The notes under the pieces are model-generated. The model ran no database searches. It was not told the DNA's origin and saw nothing but the letters and a program-made list of their open reading frames with translations. Of a DNA stretch of 64,000 nt, positions 35,235 through 48,152 are shown piece after piece. Each line of letters opens with the position of its first letter. Positions within the stretch are counted from its first letter, which is position 1. The translations under genes were made by a program, and so were the position numbers. The stretch is from Macrostomum lignano (Eukaryota). The DNA lies in assembly GCA_002269645.1 (NCBI GenBank), contig NIVC01000215.1:558001-622000 (forward strand), given 5' to 3'.

Positions 35235-35581
35235 CGAGTATGCCCGAGGCCCAAACGCCAAACTGGCTTATCGGCGCTTAACAAGGAAGCCAACCGTTCA
35301 GGCGTGAAGGCCTGCGCCACCAGGCCCATGCCACGCTGTACAGAGATTCTTGGCCCGCCATCTGACACCACTAATCCAGCTGACTCTTGACCTCTGTGCT
35401 GCAGAGCAGTCATGCCTAACACTAATAAGTCTAACATGGAACTCGTATTTCTGTTACTTGCTCCGGCTGTCGTCGTAGCTTCAGAGTTGATGCCACTGTT
35501 AAATAAAATGGCGCCATAGACGCCGCAAGATTCGCGTAGAGCAAATTCTTGATCTTCATTGTCAATAGCGTCCAAGTCCAT
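35235..35581 (-). CDS. PPAT: PPAT exon 1 (propeptide + catalytic Cys)
   Basis: MDLDAIDNEDQEFALRES-CGVYG..LQHRGQESAG..GMGLV..LGLGHTR (Ntn glutaminase motifs); donor GTTGGT in phase 2. Confidence 0.92.
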
Positions 35582-38462
35582 TGTTTGTAGACAGGCTCGA
35601 TGAAATTTACAAATGCAAAAGAAATTTACTAAGGCTGCTATTATATGCAAAAAACTGGGATTTTAAGTATCAGAATCAGAATGCTAATTATCAACAGTCA
35701 AATAATTTTTTTCAATACAAACCAGAGTCCCGATGGAACTAAAGTTTCCCATGCCCATATCTCAAATTTTTCCTGTAGCCTCCATAACTTCCTTTAACTT
35801 TCTTGCTGTCAGTCTATCTAAGCAGTACTTAGCGGCTATGTCACAAATGGGGCATTGGTACTTCTTGCTACTGGTTGTTACAGTTGCTAGAATGCAGTCT
35901 CTATGCTCCATAGATAGCGCAAAATGTATCTGTGACACTCAATGCCCATCAACTTGATTGTCTTTTTTGACTGTTTTCTTTCCTTTATCACAACTCCCTT
36001 CTTTCCTCTCCTCTCTTCTCAATGGTCTTTTAAGTCTCAAAACTTTTAAGTTATTCAGTGGCCTAGATATAGATATGGAAAATGTGTATTTTCATAAACA
36101 CATTTATATAAATATATTGTCTAAAATTTGGATCTATTGTCTAAGACAATATGAGATCTTAGTAGACATATGAAAGTATTTCCTTGTAAGTCAACTATCA
36201 AATATAATATATTAATTATAAATAAATATTGACAAAATTGACAAGAACTCTGAAAATATCTTTTTTTCTTACTATTTACATTGTTATTATGATATAGTGA
36301 TACAATTAACTTTGTATTAGGTTGCATACACTGAATTATTGATTCAATAGCAATGGCCATTGCTATTGACTAGCTTAGTGATTTGAATAGCATAGTATTC
36401 AACCCTTTAAATACACGGGACCCCATGCACACATGCATACATTCACAAGACCTAGCCAATCTATCTGGCTAGCAATGGCCCAAGCCAAGGTAAGTTATAA
36501 AAATGCCTACTCAAAAATAGACTAGTACTAATTAGATTATGAGGCATTTAGACTTAATAATATTTAGCCATACTAGTAACTCCCATTGTTTACCAAACTT
36601 AAATTAATTGGCTTAGGTTTCTTTTAAAGGTAAGTTGGATTTTTGGTCAAAAAAAGTTGCATAGCCAGTGCAAATCAAAGAGGCTATACATGTATTCATA
36701 TATATATGTATATATATATCTATTTATATGCACTACCTTATTGCTAAACTAATAAATAAGATCAGCTAAGCTCTTAAACAAGCACTTTTCTCCCACTTAC
36801 AATTCAATAATATAAGTATTACCTTAGCTCATATTAGGTTATTATAGTTATATAACAAAGTTTGACTTTTTCTATATATAAATTTGTAATAGTTTATATT
36901 GTTAGACTTTCTACTTCCTTTTTTAGTTTATTGACTATTTGCTAATAGCTTTTATCCCCTCATATTTAATATAAATGGAGAACATATTAAACTTTGCATA
37001 TAATATTAAAATCAAAAAAATCATTGCAGATTACATATATTTAAGATTATAAAGCAATAGAAATATTTGAAAATTGCCAATAGATTTTGATACTATATGC
37101 ACATTAATATAACTGTAACAAAAGAAACTAAAGTTAAGATCAAAACAATCCTAGCCATTTTTGTATAATATGTAACATTTGTTAATGAGTTAATAGACTA
37201 ATAAGGTTACACTATTAATATCATTTTTATTTCCTCACTATATTAAATATATGATAAAAAGCTGTTAGCATTAGAATTAAGGTATCTATGCTTTTGGTAC
37301 CTAGTATTTCTATATCCCAATTTGTTAATTTGCTTTTTGATGCCTAAATTATAAATTAGAACTAAGATGTCAAAAATAGAAAGTAAAAGGTCTAATCTAA
37401 TAGCAAATGCTTTACAATATATCTATATACTAAAAATGAACCTCATTAGTTGACCGACTTTTTGCAAATTCATACTGTTAACAATTTTTCGCAAATTAAG
37501 GCAACAGGGATGATTCTTTTCAATAAAAATAATAATTTCTCATTTAATGTAACTGTTTTTTTGCGCTAACTCTTTTGAATTTCAAAGTTTGTAGGAGAAA
37601 AAATGAATTATTGATGAGAGTATCTTTTCCGGAATAGTCACAAAAATGCAAAATTTAACAAAGTTTGCTAAGAAAAAAACTAAACAGTAATCTATTTTTT
37701 GTATTAAAACTTAATTTATAAAAGTAAAATAAGTGTTGAAAGCTAATCTGCACCATTTTTTACTTTATTATTAAGTTCTTAAAGTTGAAGAAACCATGTG
37801 ACTCTTCATCATGTGATGTGACGCGACATGTGATTTTCGCTCTGCTACTACTACTATATTCATCATTTTCGCTATTTTCGCATTAGTGGTAGGCCTAGCA
37901 TCAGCTCTTTTGTCATATTGCCAGCTGGGAAATGTCTATTGCCCATTTTCTAAACCATTGGAGAAATATAAGCAATGGATAACTTTGGAATTTAGATGAG
38001 ATGAGCTTAAGCTTATGCTAGCTTTTTATTTTGAGTTGGGCCTATTTGTCATTTAATTTTCTATGCTGTTATGCTATCCTGTCTATATTCAAATATACTA
38101 AATACTATACTATACTTCTAGGTACTAGACCTAATAATATCTTATGTTATGTCATTAGTCATTTGTCCATCAATTGTTATTCTGTGTTTAAGCCTATTCC
38201 TAGGCCTATTTTATGCAATAATGCAAATAATTATTTCGACTTTCATTGATATTTTATAGTAGTGCCAATAGACAATTTTAAAATAATAATAATGGGGAAC
38301 TGGTTACTTTGGTGACAGTCAACTTGGTGATATCCATTTTGGTGACAGGTTACTTTAGTGATAAATGCATACATGCGCAACTTCTGAAATTACGCTGGCC
38401 GTGCGACTTAGTTTTCGATAAAAAATGCGACTTACCTATAAAAGAGCCAAGCAAAAACTTTA

Positions 38463-38531
38463 GGTAAACGGCAGGAGTAACTATGACCATATTTTTAAAG
38501 CTAAATGCCTCGCCAGCTAATTAGTGCTGCG
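38463..38531 (+). pseudogene. 69-bp degenerate 28S rDNA fragment (helix 69-71 region)
   Basis: GGTAAACGGCAGGAGTAACTATGAC..AAATGCCTCGCCAGCTAATTAGTG aligns without gaps to the conserved eukaryotic LSU sequence as recalled. Confidence 0.72.
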
Positions 38532-38859
38532 TGCAGATTCCGCGTTTTTATAACAGCTAATCAGTGTCATCTAGTGGCGGCATGAAGCAATTAGTAAATT
38601 GTCAGTACAGTGTAGTGAGCATACTACAAAAGTCATGATTCATGAATGTCCAGAAGTAAGTGAAGTGAATACAGTGTGACCTATAGCTCAAAAACGATTT
38701 GCTAGACGATTTGGCATGGAAGATGAGAGCCCTGATTCAGATGGCTCATCAGATGCAGAATACGAATCCAGTAGAGATACAAGCTGTGAAAACCCACAGA
38801 TTTTTAAACCACTGAATTCTAATTCCCGGAACTATTTTTGCATAGATTCTAAATTTGAA

Positions 38860-39726
38860 GTCATGCTCAAACAAAAACTTGTTAACAGTTAGGAAAAAGG
38901 CAAAGATGGGAGTAAATGCATGTTAAACTAAGATTTGAGGCCTTTGCAAATTCTCTCCATTCCTCAATCTTCTCATCCTCTTTTTCTTTTCTCTCTCATC
39001 CCTTATCCCTTCTCTCTTTCCTCTCCTCTCTCCTCTCTTTCCTCTCCTCTCCTATCTCTTCTGTCTCCTCTCTACATTCTTATCTCTCCTCTTGTCTCTC
39101 CATTCCACTCTACTCTCTACATTCTTATCTCTCCTCTCGTCTCTCTCCATTCCACTCTACTCTCTCATCTTATCTCTCCTCTCTTTTCTACTCTCTCATC
39201 TCTCCTCTCTTCACTCTCCTCTCATCTCCTCTTTATCCTCTCTTCTCTCATCTACTCTCTCCTCTTTCCTCTTTCCTCTCTTCTGATCTCATCCATCATC
39301 TTTTCTTTCCTCTTTCCTCTCATCTCCTCTTCTCTCTCATCTCTTTTTCCTCCCTCAGCTTTTCTCTCCTTTTCTATCTTTTCTCCCATCGCATCGCTCG
39401 CCTCTCCTCTGTTTGCTTATCTCTAATCTTCTATTCCCTCTACTTTGAAGTAAGAAAATATGCACATATTTTTGCTGAAGATAAGAGGAGAGAAGAGGGC
39501 ATTGAGGAGAAAGGGTAGAGAGAAAGGGGGAGAAGAGAGGAGAGTAAAAATGAGAGGAGAGAGAAGAGGGAAAAGGGGGAGAGAGAGAAGAGGGGAGGCA
39601 AGGTAGAGAAGAAGAGAGAGATGAGAGTTGAAGAGACACCAACCTTGCTGGTTAGGAAGTTTCAAAGAACCCGAGGGGCGAGGGCCAGATAGAGGGGCTT
39701 CGCGAGCCGGAGTTTGCCGACCCCTG
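38860..39726. mobile_element. Degenerate relative of the long-TIR family at 47.3/51.3 kb; CT-rich then GA-rich core; hAT-like terminus
   Basis: 38860-38950 resembles 47505-47600; AAGTTTCAAAG..GGCCAG resembles 50865-50915; ends GAGTTTGCCGACCCCTG (reverse of a CAGGGGTCGGCAAAC hAT-type TIR). Confidence 0.55.
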
Positions 39727-39899
39727 CTCCAGAGTTTAAGAAATCAATGGGAAACTGTTGACACGGGCTTCTGATTTCAAAGATCTTGTCTGTTGTTGAA
39801 GGCTTCTATTCTGTTTTTGCTCTCCTGCCACACTTGCACCTACTACCCCCTGATTGCCTCTGATTGTGACTTACTTCCCTCTTATTGCGACTTAGTTGC

Positions 39900-40560
39900 T
39901 TCTTTTTGCGACTTACCTAATCCTTTTTGCGACTTACCTAATCCTTTTGCGACTTACCTAATCCTTTTGCGACTTACCTAACCCTTTTGCGACTTACCTA
40001 ATCCTTTTTGTGACTTACCTAATCCTTATGCGACTTACCTAATCCTTTTGCGACTTACCTAACCCTTTTGCGACTTACCTAATCCTTTTTGCGACTTACT
40101 TAATCCTTTTTGCGACTTACCTAATCCTTTTTGCGAGTTACCTAATCCTTTTGCGACTTAGCTGATCCTTTTGCGACTTACCTGATTCTTTTTGCGACTT
40201 ACCTAATCCTTTTTGCGACTTACCTAATCTGTGGTAGCGTGGGTCTGCTCAATTGCTCCGCTTAGTGTAATGTACAGTGCAGGTGTACACCTGCACGCGC
40301 GCGTGTGATTGGCTGATGCTTTGTCAGACAACCTTTATTGTTGGCCAGCTATATTAAATACAAGCTCTCTGCCTTGGGGGGGTCTTACCCCCGAAGTGGA
40401 GTTTTCACATAATCCTTTTTGGGACTTACCTAATCCTTTTTGGGACTTACCTAATCCTTTTTGCGACTTACCTAACCCTTTTGCGACTTACCTGATCCTT
40501 TTTGCGACATAGTTTGCTTCTTTTGCGACTTACCTGATTCCTGTTGCGACTTACCAGTAC
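39900..40560. repeat. 21-22-bp minisatellite (TGCGACTTACCTAATCCTTTT)n interrupted by a solo LTR
   Basis: Direct periodicity. Confidence 0.92.
40230..40409. mobile_element. 180-bp solo LTR
   Basis: TGTGGTAG...TTTTCACA bounded by 5-bp TAATC duplication; TATA-like and CCAAT-like motifs inside. Confidence 0.78.
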
Positions 40561-43500
40561 CTGATTATTTTTACAACTTAGTTTGCTTCTTTTGAGAATT
40601 GTTTTTCTTTTGCTTCACGATTTTCCCTGAACTGCTCTTTCTTTCGCTTTCCTCTTGCCTTTCTTGGTTCTTGTGTTTTTCTGTTTTTGGTTGACTCAAT
40701 TTTGCGACTTACCCCTGGTCAGCCACAATTTACGGTGGCCGGATCGGCCAGGTCGGCCAGCAGTTGCGCATGTATGTGATAAATGTGTGTCAAGCCAATG
40801 CAAATTATTGTTTAATATATAAGACAAAAACATTTTCATAATAAACCCTATCATTAAAAATTTTTAATTTACAATAAAATATTTCCTTTGATCTTGGTAA
40901 TTAATAGATTTCAATGTCCTGCTAAGTTAAAATACAAAACATATCTCAGGATATTACAATTTTTGAAAAGAATAATCCCTGTTGCCTGAATTTGCCAAAA
41001 ATCATTAAAAGCAAGAATTAGTGAAAAGGTGGTCAACTAACGAGGCTCATTTTTAGTAAGTAGAAGATCAAGTTAACTTTTATTTATTTTGCTAAGTTAA
41101 GTCAAATATATCTAGGGGATATCACAATTTTTGTTTAAGCAAAAGGCTTCTAAGAAATGAAACATAAACATGAAAAATAAAATTAACTTAATTTCCCCTC
41201 TATATAATATATTTTGCCAATGTGCGTAGACATTCACATGCAAATAAGAATGAGCTCATATTGTTACTATTTAATTTACTTTTTATAATTTAGTTTAATT
41301 TTTATAATAGGATCATAGTAGAGAATTAAAGGCGTATAATAGATATCATATTTTATAATTATAATCAAAACAACTATATGTAGCCCACATTCAGGAAGAT
41401 GTCACATGTGTGCAAAAATATATTTCTGTATATTTTTTGAGTGTGCATTGTGCACAAAGCTAAAATACAAATTTTGAATTTGTGCACCAAGTCCTACATT
41501 TGTTTATTGACAAATGCATAGCTAGAGCACTAATGCGCAGTAAAAAATCTAGTAAAATTTGAATTAAATAAAAAGTAAAAAGGGATAATTTTTGTACCTT
41601 TGTATGCCTTTTTTTAATTCAAAACTTTGTGATTTATTTAGCTAATATAAAAAATTGTCAATAAAAAATTGCTTAAATTATTATTTGCTCTACTATAAAA
41701 TGTAAAATCTAATGTAATCTAAAAGCATAATTTATGCATTGCATATACAGATTATACATTTTAGATGACCCATTATGAGCTAAATTGTTTTTATCAGCTT
41801 TTGCTATGTGCCACTGTGCATTAAAATTTTCTGCTAAGCCTTTGTTGTGCACTGTGTGCATCGCTTTGCACATATTTTTTGTTGATATGCACCAGAATTT
41901 TCTGCCATAATGTACACCTTCCTGAGTGTAGTATGCAGCATAGTTGATAAGTTATCTTTATCTAACTAAGTCTTACTAGCAAACCTTTTTAGGAAAATAG
42001 AATGTTTTATTAAACAAAATATTTATTATATTTAATATTTTAGAAGATAGAATCCAAAATATGACATTAATAATATTGCATAATAAAAGTTATTACTTTA
42101 TCAATTTCATATTGAAATTCCTATTTACGAGCATATTTATATTAATGTAGATTCTATGTATATTTAGTATAAAATGTGCAAAATTGTAACTTTTTCAGGT
42201 CAACATGACAAATATTAATAAACTGAATAGTTGTGGTCAACTAAGTCAAGAATTGACTGGACTCGTTTTTATGCGTGCTGTAGTAAGTAATTTTTACTTG
42301 TCATTGGACTTCCCTTTTATTTCAGATCTTTAAATTCAGAATCTTTAGTGCTATTTTTTATTTTTAGTGGTTTTCTAAAGATTTTTTATATACAGGTCAG
42401 AAAAATGTAGTAAACATGACCCATTATGAATAATTTTCATGTAAATTTTCTTAATAAAAGTATCTCTACGATGGTTAGTGTTGGCAGGTGCCAACTGTTT
42501 TAGTAGTGATCAACTTTAGTTATATAGATTTACTCGAAGCTATCATCGAACTTTTCCAACAGCCTCTTTACAAATTTTGTGTTGTAGAAAACGCGACTCC
42601 AAATTTTATTTTAAAAATAGTAAGATTTTTTGTACAATGTAATGCTTTCTGTACCTACTAAAGTATAACTAGAATACTTTACCATTGCACTTTTTAAGAA
42701 ATAATTTTTGCATTTGTTGGTTCATAAAATAATGCTCTATCATGTTAAAAAAAAGTAAGATTTTTGTATTGTGTTTTGTATTAGGGTGTAATTCTTTCTG
42801 ATAAAGTACCCAGTTTATATTTGTGCACTTTTTAAAAAAGTAGGATTTCTTGTACTATTTTCGGCCCAATACTCTGAGTATTATGTCATTAGTTTATATA
42901 ATATTTGTAGAAAGATAAAATATTGATATATTTATGCAGTATTTTCTAAAAGATCCTACTGCTGCATTTACTTGTAATAATCTAATAAAAACCTTTTTGG
43001 GCTTTAAAAAAATTAAAAGCTAGCATTTAAAAAATAGTTTCTATGATTTCTATGATGAAATACTTTATGTTAATGTTACAACATTCTAAAATATACCTAA
43101 ATGCAAAGATTTTTCGCCTAAGTATAATATAATTTTGTACTTTTTATGTGCAATGCTACTTACCTATATAAAGTATTTTATTTGGTTTCATTTCTGCATC
43201 AATTCAGCATCAGTATAACAGGTAGGATTTTGGGTATTGCCTGCACCTTCTGGTCAGGTCAGATAACAAAGAAGTGAACTCGAAGCACGGTTTTTTATGG
43301 GCCCAGGCTGCTGCAGTCTATAGCCCAGCCAAGGCAATGGCCATGCCTTTGGGCAAGCAGATGCGGGTGAGAGAAAAAGTGAATCAAGCGCCTCTACTGT
43401 CTCTCCTTTTATTTTAAACACGAGCATACGCATAAGAAAGAAAATAGTTATGCTTGCATAGAACAAATATGGTTTTAATTGTAGCCGCCCTTTGCAAATA

Positions 43501-44229
43501 TGACTGCATTCTATGCAGCTCATAATTGGTACCATTTCGGGAGACCAAAATTGTTTTTTATCTCCACAAAACAAACTGTATATGTACTTTACTGCTGGGC
43601 CTATATAAAAATGAAGTTTTCGTAAACAGAATTCTGAACTAGCATAAGGATTTTTATTACAAATCTGTCTTGATAAATGTACATTGTTTTGTAACCTGAA
43701 CACTTAAAAATACAACTCCTGAACATAGATTCCCCGAAGGGGGGATGTTTGGCTAGTAATACTCTAAAAAGCAACTTGCTTAATAAAAAGTAAGAAAAAT
43801 ATGAATATAAAAAATTTATATTTAAAAAGTCTATACCAATGCATTTACATCATTTTTTCATTAACAAAGTGGCTTGTAAAGATATTTGAATCAATAGTCA
43901 GTTTAATTTGCATTTGAAATAATATGTCTGCATTATATTTTGTTAAATAAAAACTTTGGTTTATTATTATTATAAGAGGTAATAGAAAAAGAGAAAGTAG
44001 TATATGCCTTAACCTCAGCAAACTTTTTTCAATGTGGGCCAGATTAAAAGACTAGCAAAGGCAGCAGGCCAGAAAAAATACATAACAAATTGTGGCTATA
44101 AATGACAGTTTTAGACATACACTAGCAATCTTTGCCCCCCAATGGGGGACATCTAGATAAAATCCTTGTTCTTGACAAATAACAAATAGACAGCAAAATA
44201 AAGCCTTTATCAAAAACAATAAACATCCC

Positions 44230-44425
44230 CCCAATAGCAAGCATCCCTTAGATATCAAGCATCCCTTAGATATCAAGCATCCCTCAGATATCAAGCATCC
44301 CTTAGATATCAAGCATCCCTCAGATATCAAGCATCCCTCACATAGCAAGCATCCCTCTGATAGCAAGCATCTTCCTGATAGCAAGTATCCACCCGATAGC
44401 AAGTATCCCCCAATAGCAAGCATAT
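44230..44425. repeat. 18-bp minisatellite (ATCAAGCATCCCTYAGAT)n
   Basis: Direct periodicity. Confidence 0.85.
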
Positions 44426-44429
44426 CAAG

Positions 44430-45130
44430 GGGCTCTTTAATGTTCGACGTGGTGGCTCTTTAATGTTTGACATGGTGGCTCTTTTATGTTTGGCATGGTG
44501 GCTCTTTATTGTCTAACATGGTGGCTCTTTTATATCTAACAAGGTGGCTCTTTTATGTTTGGCATGGTGGCTCTTTAATGTTTGACATTAAAGAACATTA
44601 AATGTTTGACATGGTAGCTTTTTAATGTTTGATATGGTACATGTAGCTATTTTATGTTTGACATGATGGCTAGTTTATGTGTGACATGGTGGCTCTTTTA
44701 TGTTTTTGGCATGGTGGCTCTTTAATGTTTGACATGGTGGCTCTTTTATGTTTGGCATAGTGGCTCTTTAATTTTTGACATAGTGGCTCTTTTATGTTTG
44801 GCATGGTGGGATTGGTGCCTCTTACGTTTGGCATGGTAGCTCTTTAATGTTTGACATAGTCACATATATATTTGACATAATTGCTCTTTTATGTTTGACA
44901 TGGCAGCTCTTTAATGTTTGTCATAGTAGCTCTTTTATGTTTGACATAGTGGCTCTTTAATGTTTGACATGGAGTCACATATATGTTTGAAATGGTGGCT
45001 CTTTTATGTTTGGCATGGTGGCTCTTTTATTTTTGACATGGTGGCTTGTTTCTGTTTAATAAGGTGGCTCTTTAATGTTCAACATTGTGATTCTTTTATA
45101 GGCCTATGTTCAACATGGTGGCTCTTTTAT
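44430..45130. repeat. Degenerate ~24-bp minisatellite (ATGTTTGACATGGTGGCTCTTTTA)n
   Basis: Direct periodicity. Confidence 0.87.
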
Positions 45131-46388
45131 GTTAGCATTTTGTATTTTTATTGTGTTTTAAAAAAATTATTTTGCACTACTAAGATTCAAACCCAGGTGG
45201 CTACATTAGCAGTCTAGTTAGTCGCATAGGCCCTATCTCTTTTCAATTGGAGTAACCATGAATTGTGGCTCTAATAATTCAATACTTTCTGTAAGTCAGT
45301 TAGAGTAAAAAGTTATAACATAATCAATTTCTTAGTCAGCCAGTATTAGTCTCAATTTAAGTTAGCAATATGGTTATACAACTTCAATCAAGTCTTGTGC
45401 ACATTTCTTCTTCGACACTGTTTTCAGCTTGATGTGGTATAATCTTTATCAGAATCAAAATTCAGTCAGTCAGTGTTTTCTATAGCATTCTTCCAATGCA
45501 TTTCAAGGCAAAAATTTAGCTTGACCTTTGTAAAAAAGCATGTTTTTTGAATTTTTAATCCCTTTAACATTGAGTGATTTCTCATTTAAAAGCCAAGATG
45601 CATTTACTGTCCCAGGAAAATTTCTGATCAAATGGTGCAATATCATGTTATTCTAAACTTTTAAAATCCAAAATACTACATCTCTAATTATATTATAAAC
45701 TTGATCTTATATACAATTTTGCATCTATAGCACTGGCAAAAAACCTAGGTTTAAAAAGTTTCTTGTTTTTTTAAGATGAATTCTAATATAAAAAAGTTTC
45801 TTTTAATTTTTTGATATAAAAAAACAAATTGACATTGTAGATGTGACTAAGAATAATAATTATAAACTTATAATAATATTAACTAAAAAACTTAGTTTCT
45901 TAATTGTACATAGGCTTAGCCTACTTACCCTAATTCTTGCTTAACCTTTACTTCACTTGTGTGTGTGACTAGGTATGTGCCTAGGTCCTAGTCCTAGTGA
46001 TACTAAATCCTAGTACTAGGCCTAGGGCTAGGCTAGTTATTATACTATTATACAAAATAAGTAAGCCCCTAAACTCAAGAGGCTAGGCTCTAGTCTAATC
46101 CTTGCTAGTACACGAGTCCATGACTTGCCGCAGCACCATTTGTTTAAATGCATTCCTTAATCTCAAAAATGTAAATTGAAGAAGCAAATATGAACTACAC
46201 TAGGGGCCTAGGCCCTAGGCCTAGACCTAATGAGTTTCTATGAACTATCAAATATGAGCAGGAAACACACAAATGAAATAGTAGAAAATATCTAAAACGC
46301 CATAGCAATAGCAGGCTTCGAAGGCTAGGATAGGACAATATTATTAAGTGTGATACTGGCTACGTATCGTTTCCCCATAGATCTATCA

Positions 46389-47250
46389 GGTTTCTATGCA
46401 TTTCGGTGCCCGTGCTTTTCGGTGCCCGTGCTTTTCGGTGCCCGGCATTTCGGTGCCCCAGATTACCTTTCGGTGCCCCAGTTTATATTACGCCAAAATG
46501 ATGATAATAAAAAAGAAATCCTATAACAAGTTTAGTAATTACTTTACAAAACGTTCGATATTTTTAAGAAAAGCAGTATTAATTTTGTTAAACTGGCACG
46601 TTTCTTTATATTTGAAAAATCCGTTCAATTTAATTGCATACATTTGCTGTATCCTGTATATACAAAATAAGCTGGCTGCACTCAGCAAGCGTGCTAGTGC
46701 TATGAAGACTTAGTTAGGAAAGTTAAAATCCGTCAACAATGCTACATGTAGTTTTGATCGAAATTATGAAATGTGACAAGTCTACATGTATTTTAGTTAG
46801 TATTGATTTTTTGAATCACCCGATCATGTTTTATTTCATAAAACTGCCTAGGAAATGAAGCGAGTATTATTTAATGAACTGAAATCTTTTGGGCATAACT
46901 ATTGGACCACAATCTATAAGATTTTATTGCAAGCGCATTTGGGGCATTAGTTTAAAATTTTGACGCGGCTGAGACGCGCGGCTATAGCGACATAGAAGTA
47001 AATCGAATCGAGTAGGCCTAATCGAAAACCATTTTTTGAATTCATTAAAACAGCAGGTCAGCTTAACTAAATAAATAATACCTTTTTTAAGTAAATAAGT
47101 ACCGCAAAGACAAAGCACTTACTGCTAAATTAGAGCTCAATCTCTAAATTTTGTGTCCAATTCTAATGTATAATTTGGGCACCGAAAAGCAAGCTGGGGC
47201 ACCGAAATGACGGGCACCGAAAAGCACAGGCACCGAAAAGCGTGGATACC
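46389..47250. mobile_element. 862-bp MITE with GG termini and 8-bp TSD (Merlin-like)
   Basis: TIRs GGTTTCTATGCATTTCGGTGCC / GGCACCGAAAAGCGTGGATACC with internal TTTCGGTGCCC repeats; exact ATCTATCA duplication on both sides. Confidence 0.8.
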
Positions 47251-48078
47251 ATCTATCATAAATTCGTATTGATATTCAATTACTAACAAAAGCAGCAAAA
47301 TAAACTAACTTGTACAGCTCGGATTTGCATGAAATTACAGAAAAATTATTACACACAAAAAACGCCTGTGTTAAATTTCAAGTCCATCAGACTACGCAGA
47401 GCGGAACGGCGAGAGTTTTAAAGATGCTCGTATTTAATTATAATGAACAAGCTGTTGAAACCCGGGGAATTCCAATCCACGGACTATACTTTTGCTTGTA
47501 TTGTAAAATCTGAAGTCATACTCCAACAAAAACTTGTTAATGACTAGGGTAAAGGTAAAATAAAATGGAGTACATTCGTGTAAATTTAGGATTTGAGGCA
47601 AGCATTGATCTTCTTGGCTGGGGTGCTGCGCAGAACAGAATGTCAGGCAATGTCTGTCTAAAACATGTAATTGGCAAACTCTGGCCTCCGCCCCTGCCCC
47701 TCCCTACGTCCCTTGGATCCTTTGAAACTTCTATCTTCTCTACTGTTTCCCCTCTTATCTCTCGTCTCTCGTCTCTTCTCTCAACTCTCACATCTTCTCT
47801 TCTTTCCTCTCTCCTTTCTCCTCTGATCCCCTCTTCTGAATCATCACTCTCCCCTCTCTCTCAACACTTCCCTCTTCTCTCCTCTCTCCGATCTCTCCTC
47901 TCAACTCTCTGCTCTCGTTTCTCATCTCGATCCTATCATTTCTTTACTCTCGCCTCTCTTGTCTCGATCCTCTGTCCTATCTACTCTTTCCTGTCTCATC
48001 TTCTCTCATATCTGATCTGTACTCTCCTTTTTCATCTCTCCTCTCTCCTCTCAACTCCTTCCTCTACTCTCATCTCTC

Positions 48079-48152
<74 letters not shown>

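Larger units (their letters stand above)
37430..41056. mobile_element. Old non-autonomous TIR element (~3.6 kb), TA-flanked
   Basis: ~100-bp imperfect inverted repeats: CTAAAAATGAACCTCATTAGTTGACC..GGCAACAGGGATGATTCTTTTCAA vs 40962-41056. Confidence 0.6.

Noticed and set aside
35650-37400. Head-to-head PAICS partner of PPAT, as in vertebrates
   Set aside because: No PAICS-like coding sequence seen on the plus strand upstream of PPAT
38463-38531. Functional rRNA gene
   Set aside because: Only 69 bp, with no flanking rDNA; kept as a pseudogene fragment
43254-43703. 149-aa ORF in the AT-rich block
   Set aside because: No recognisable motif and an AT-rich non-coding-like N-terminal half; not supportable as a gene
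45165-45220. tRNA/SINE-like relic (GACTGCTAAT..GGGTTTGAATC on minus strand)
   Set aside because: Too degenerate; no full cloverleaf or A-box could be established
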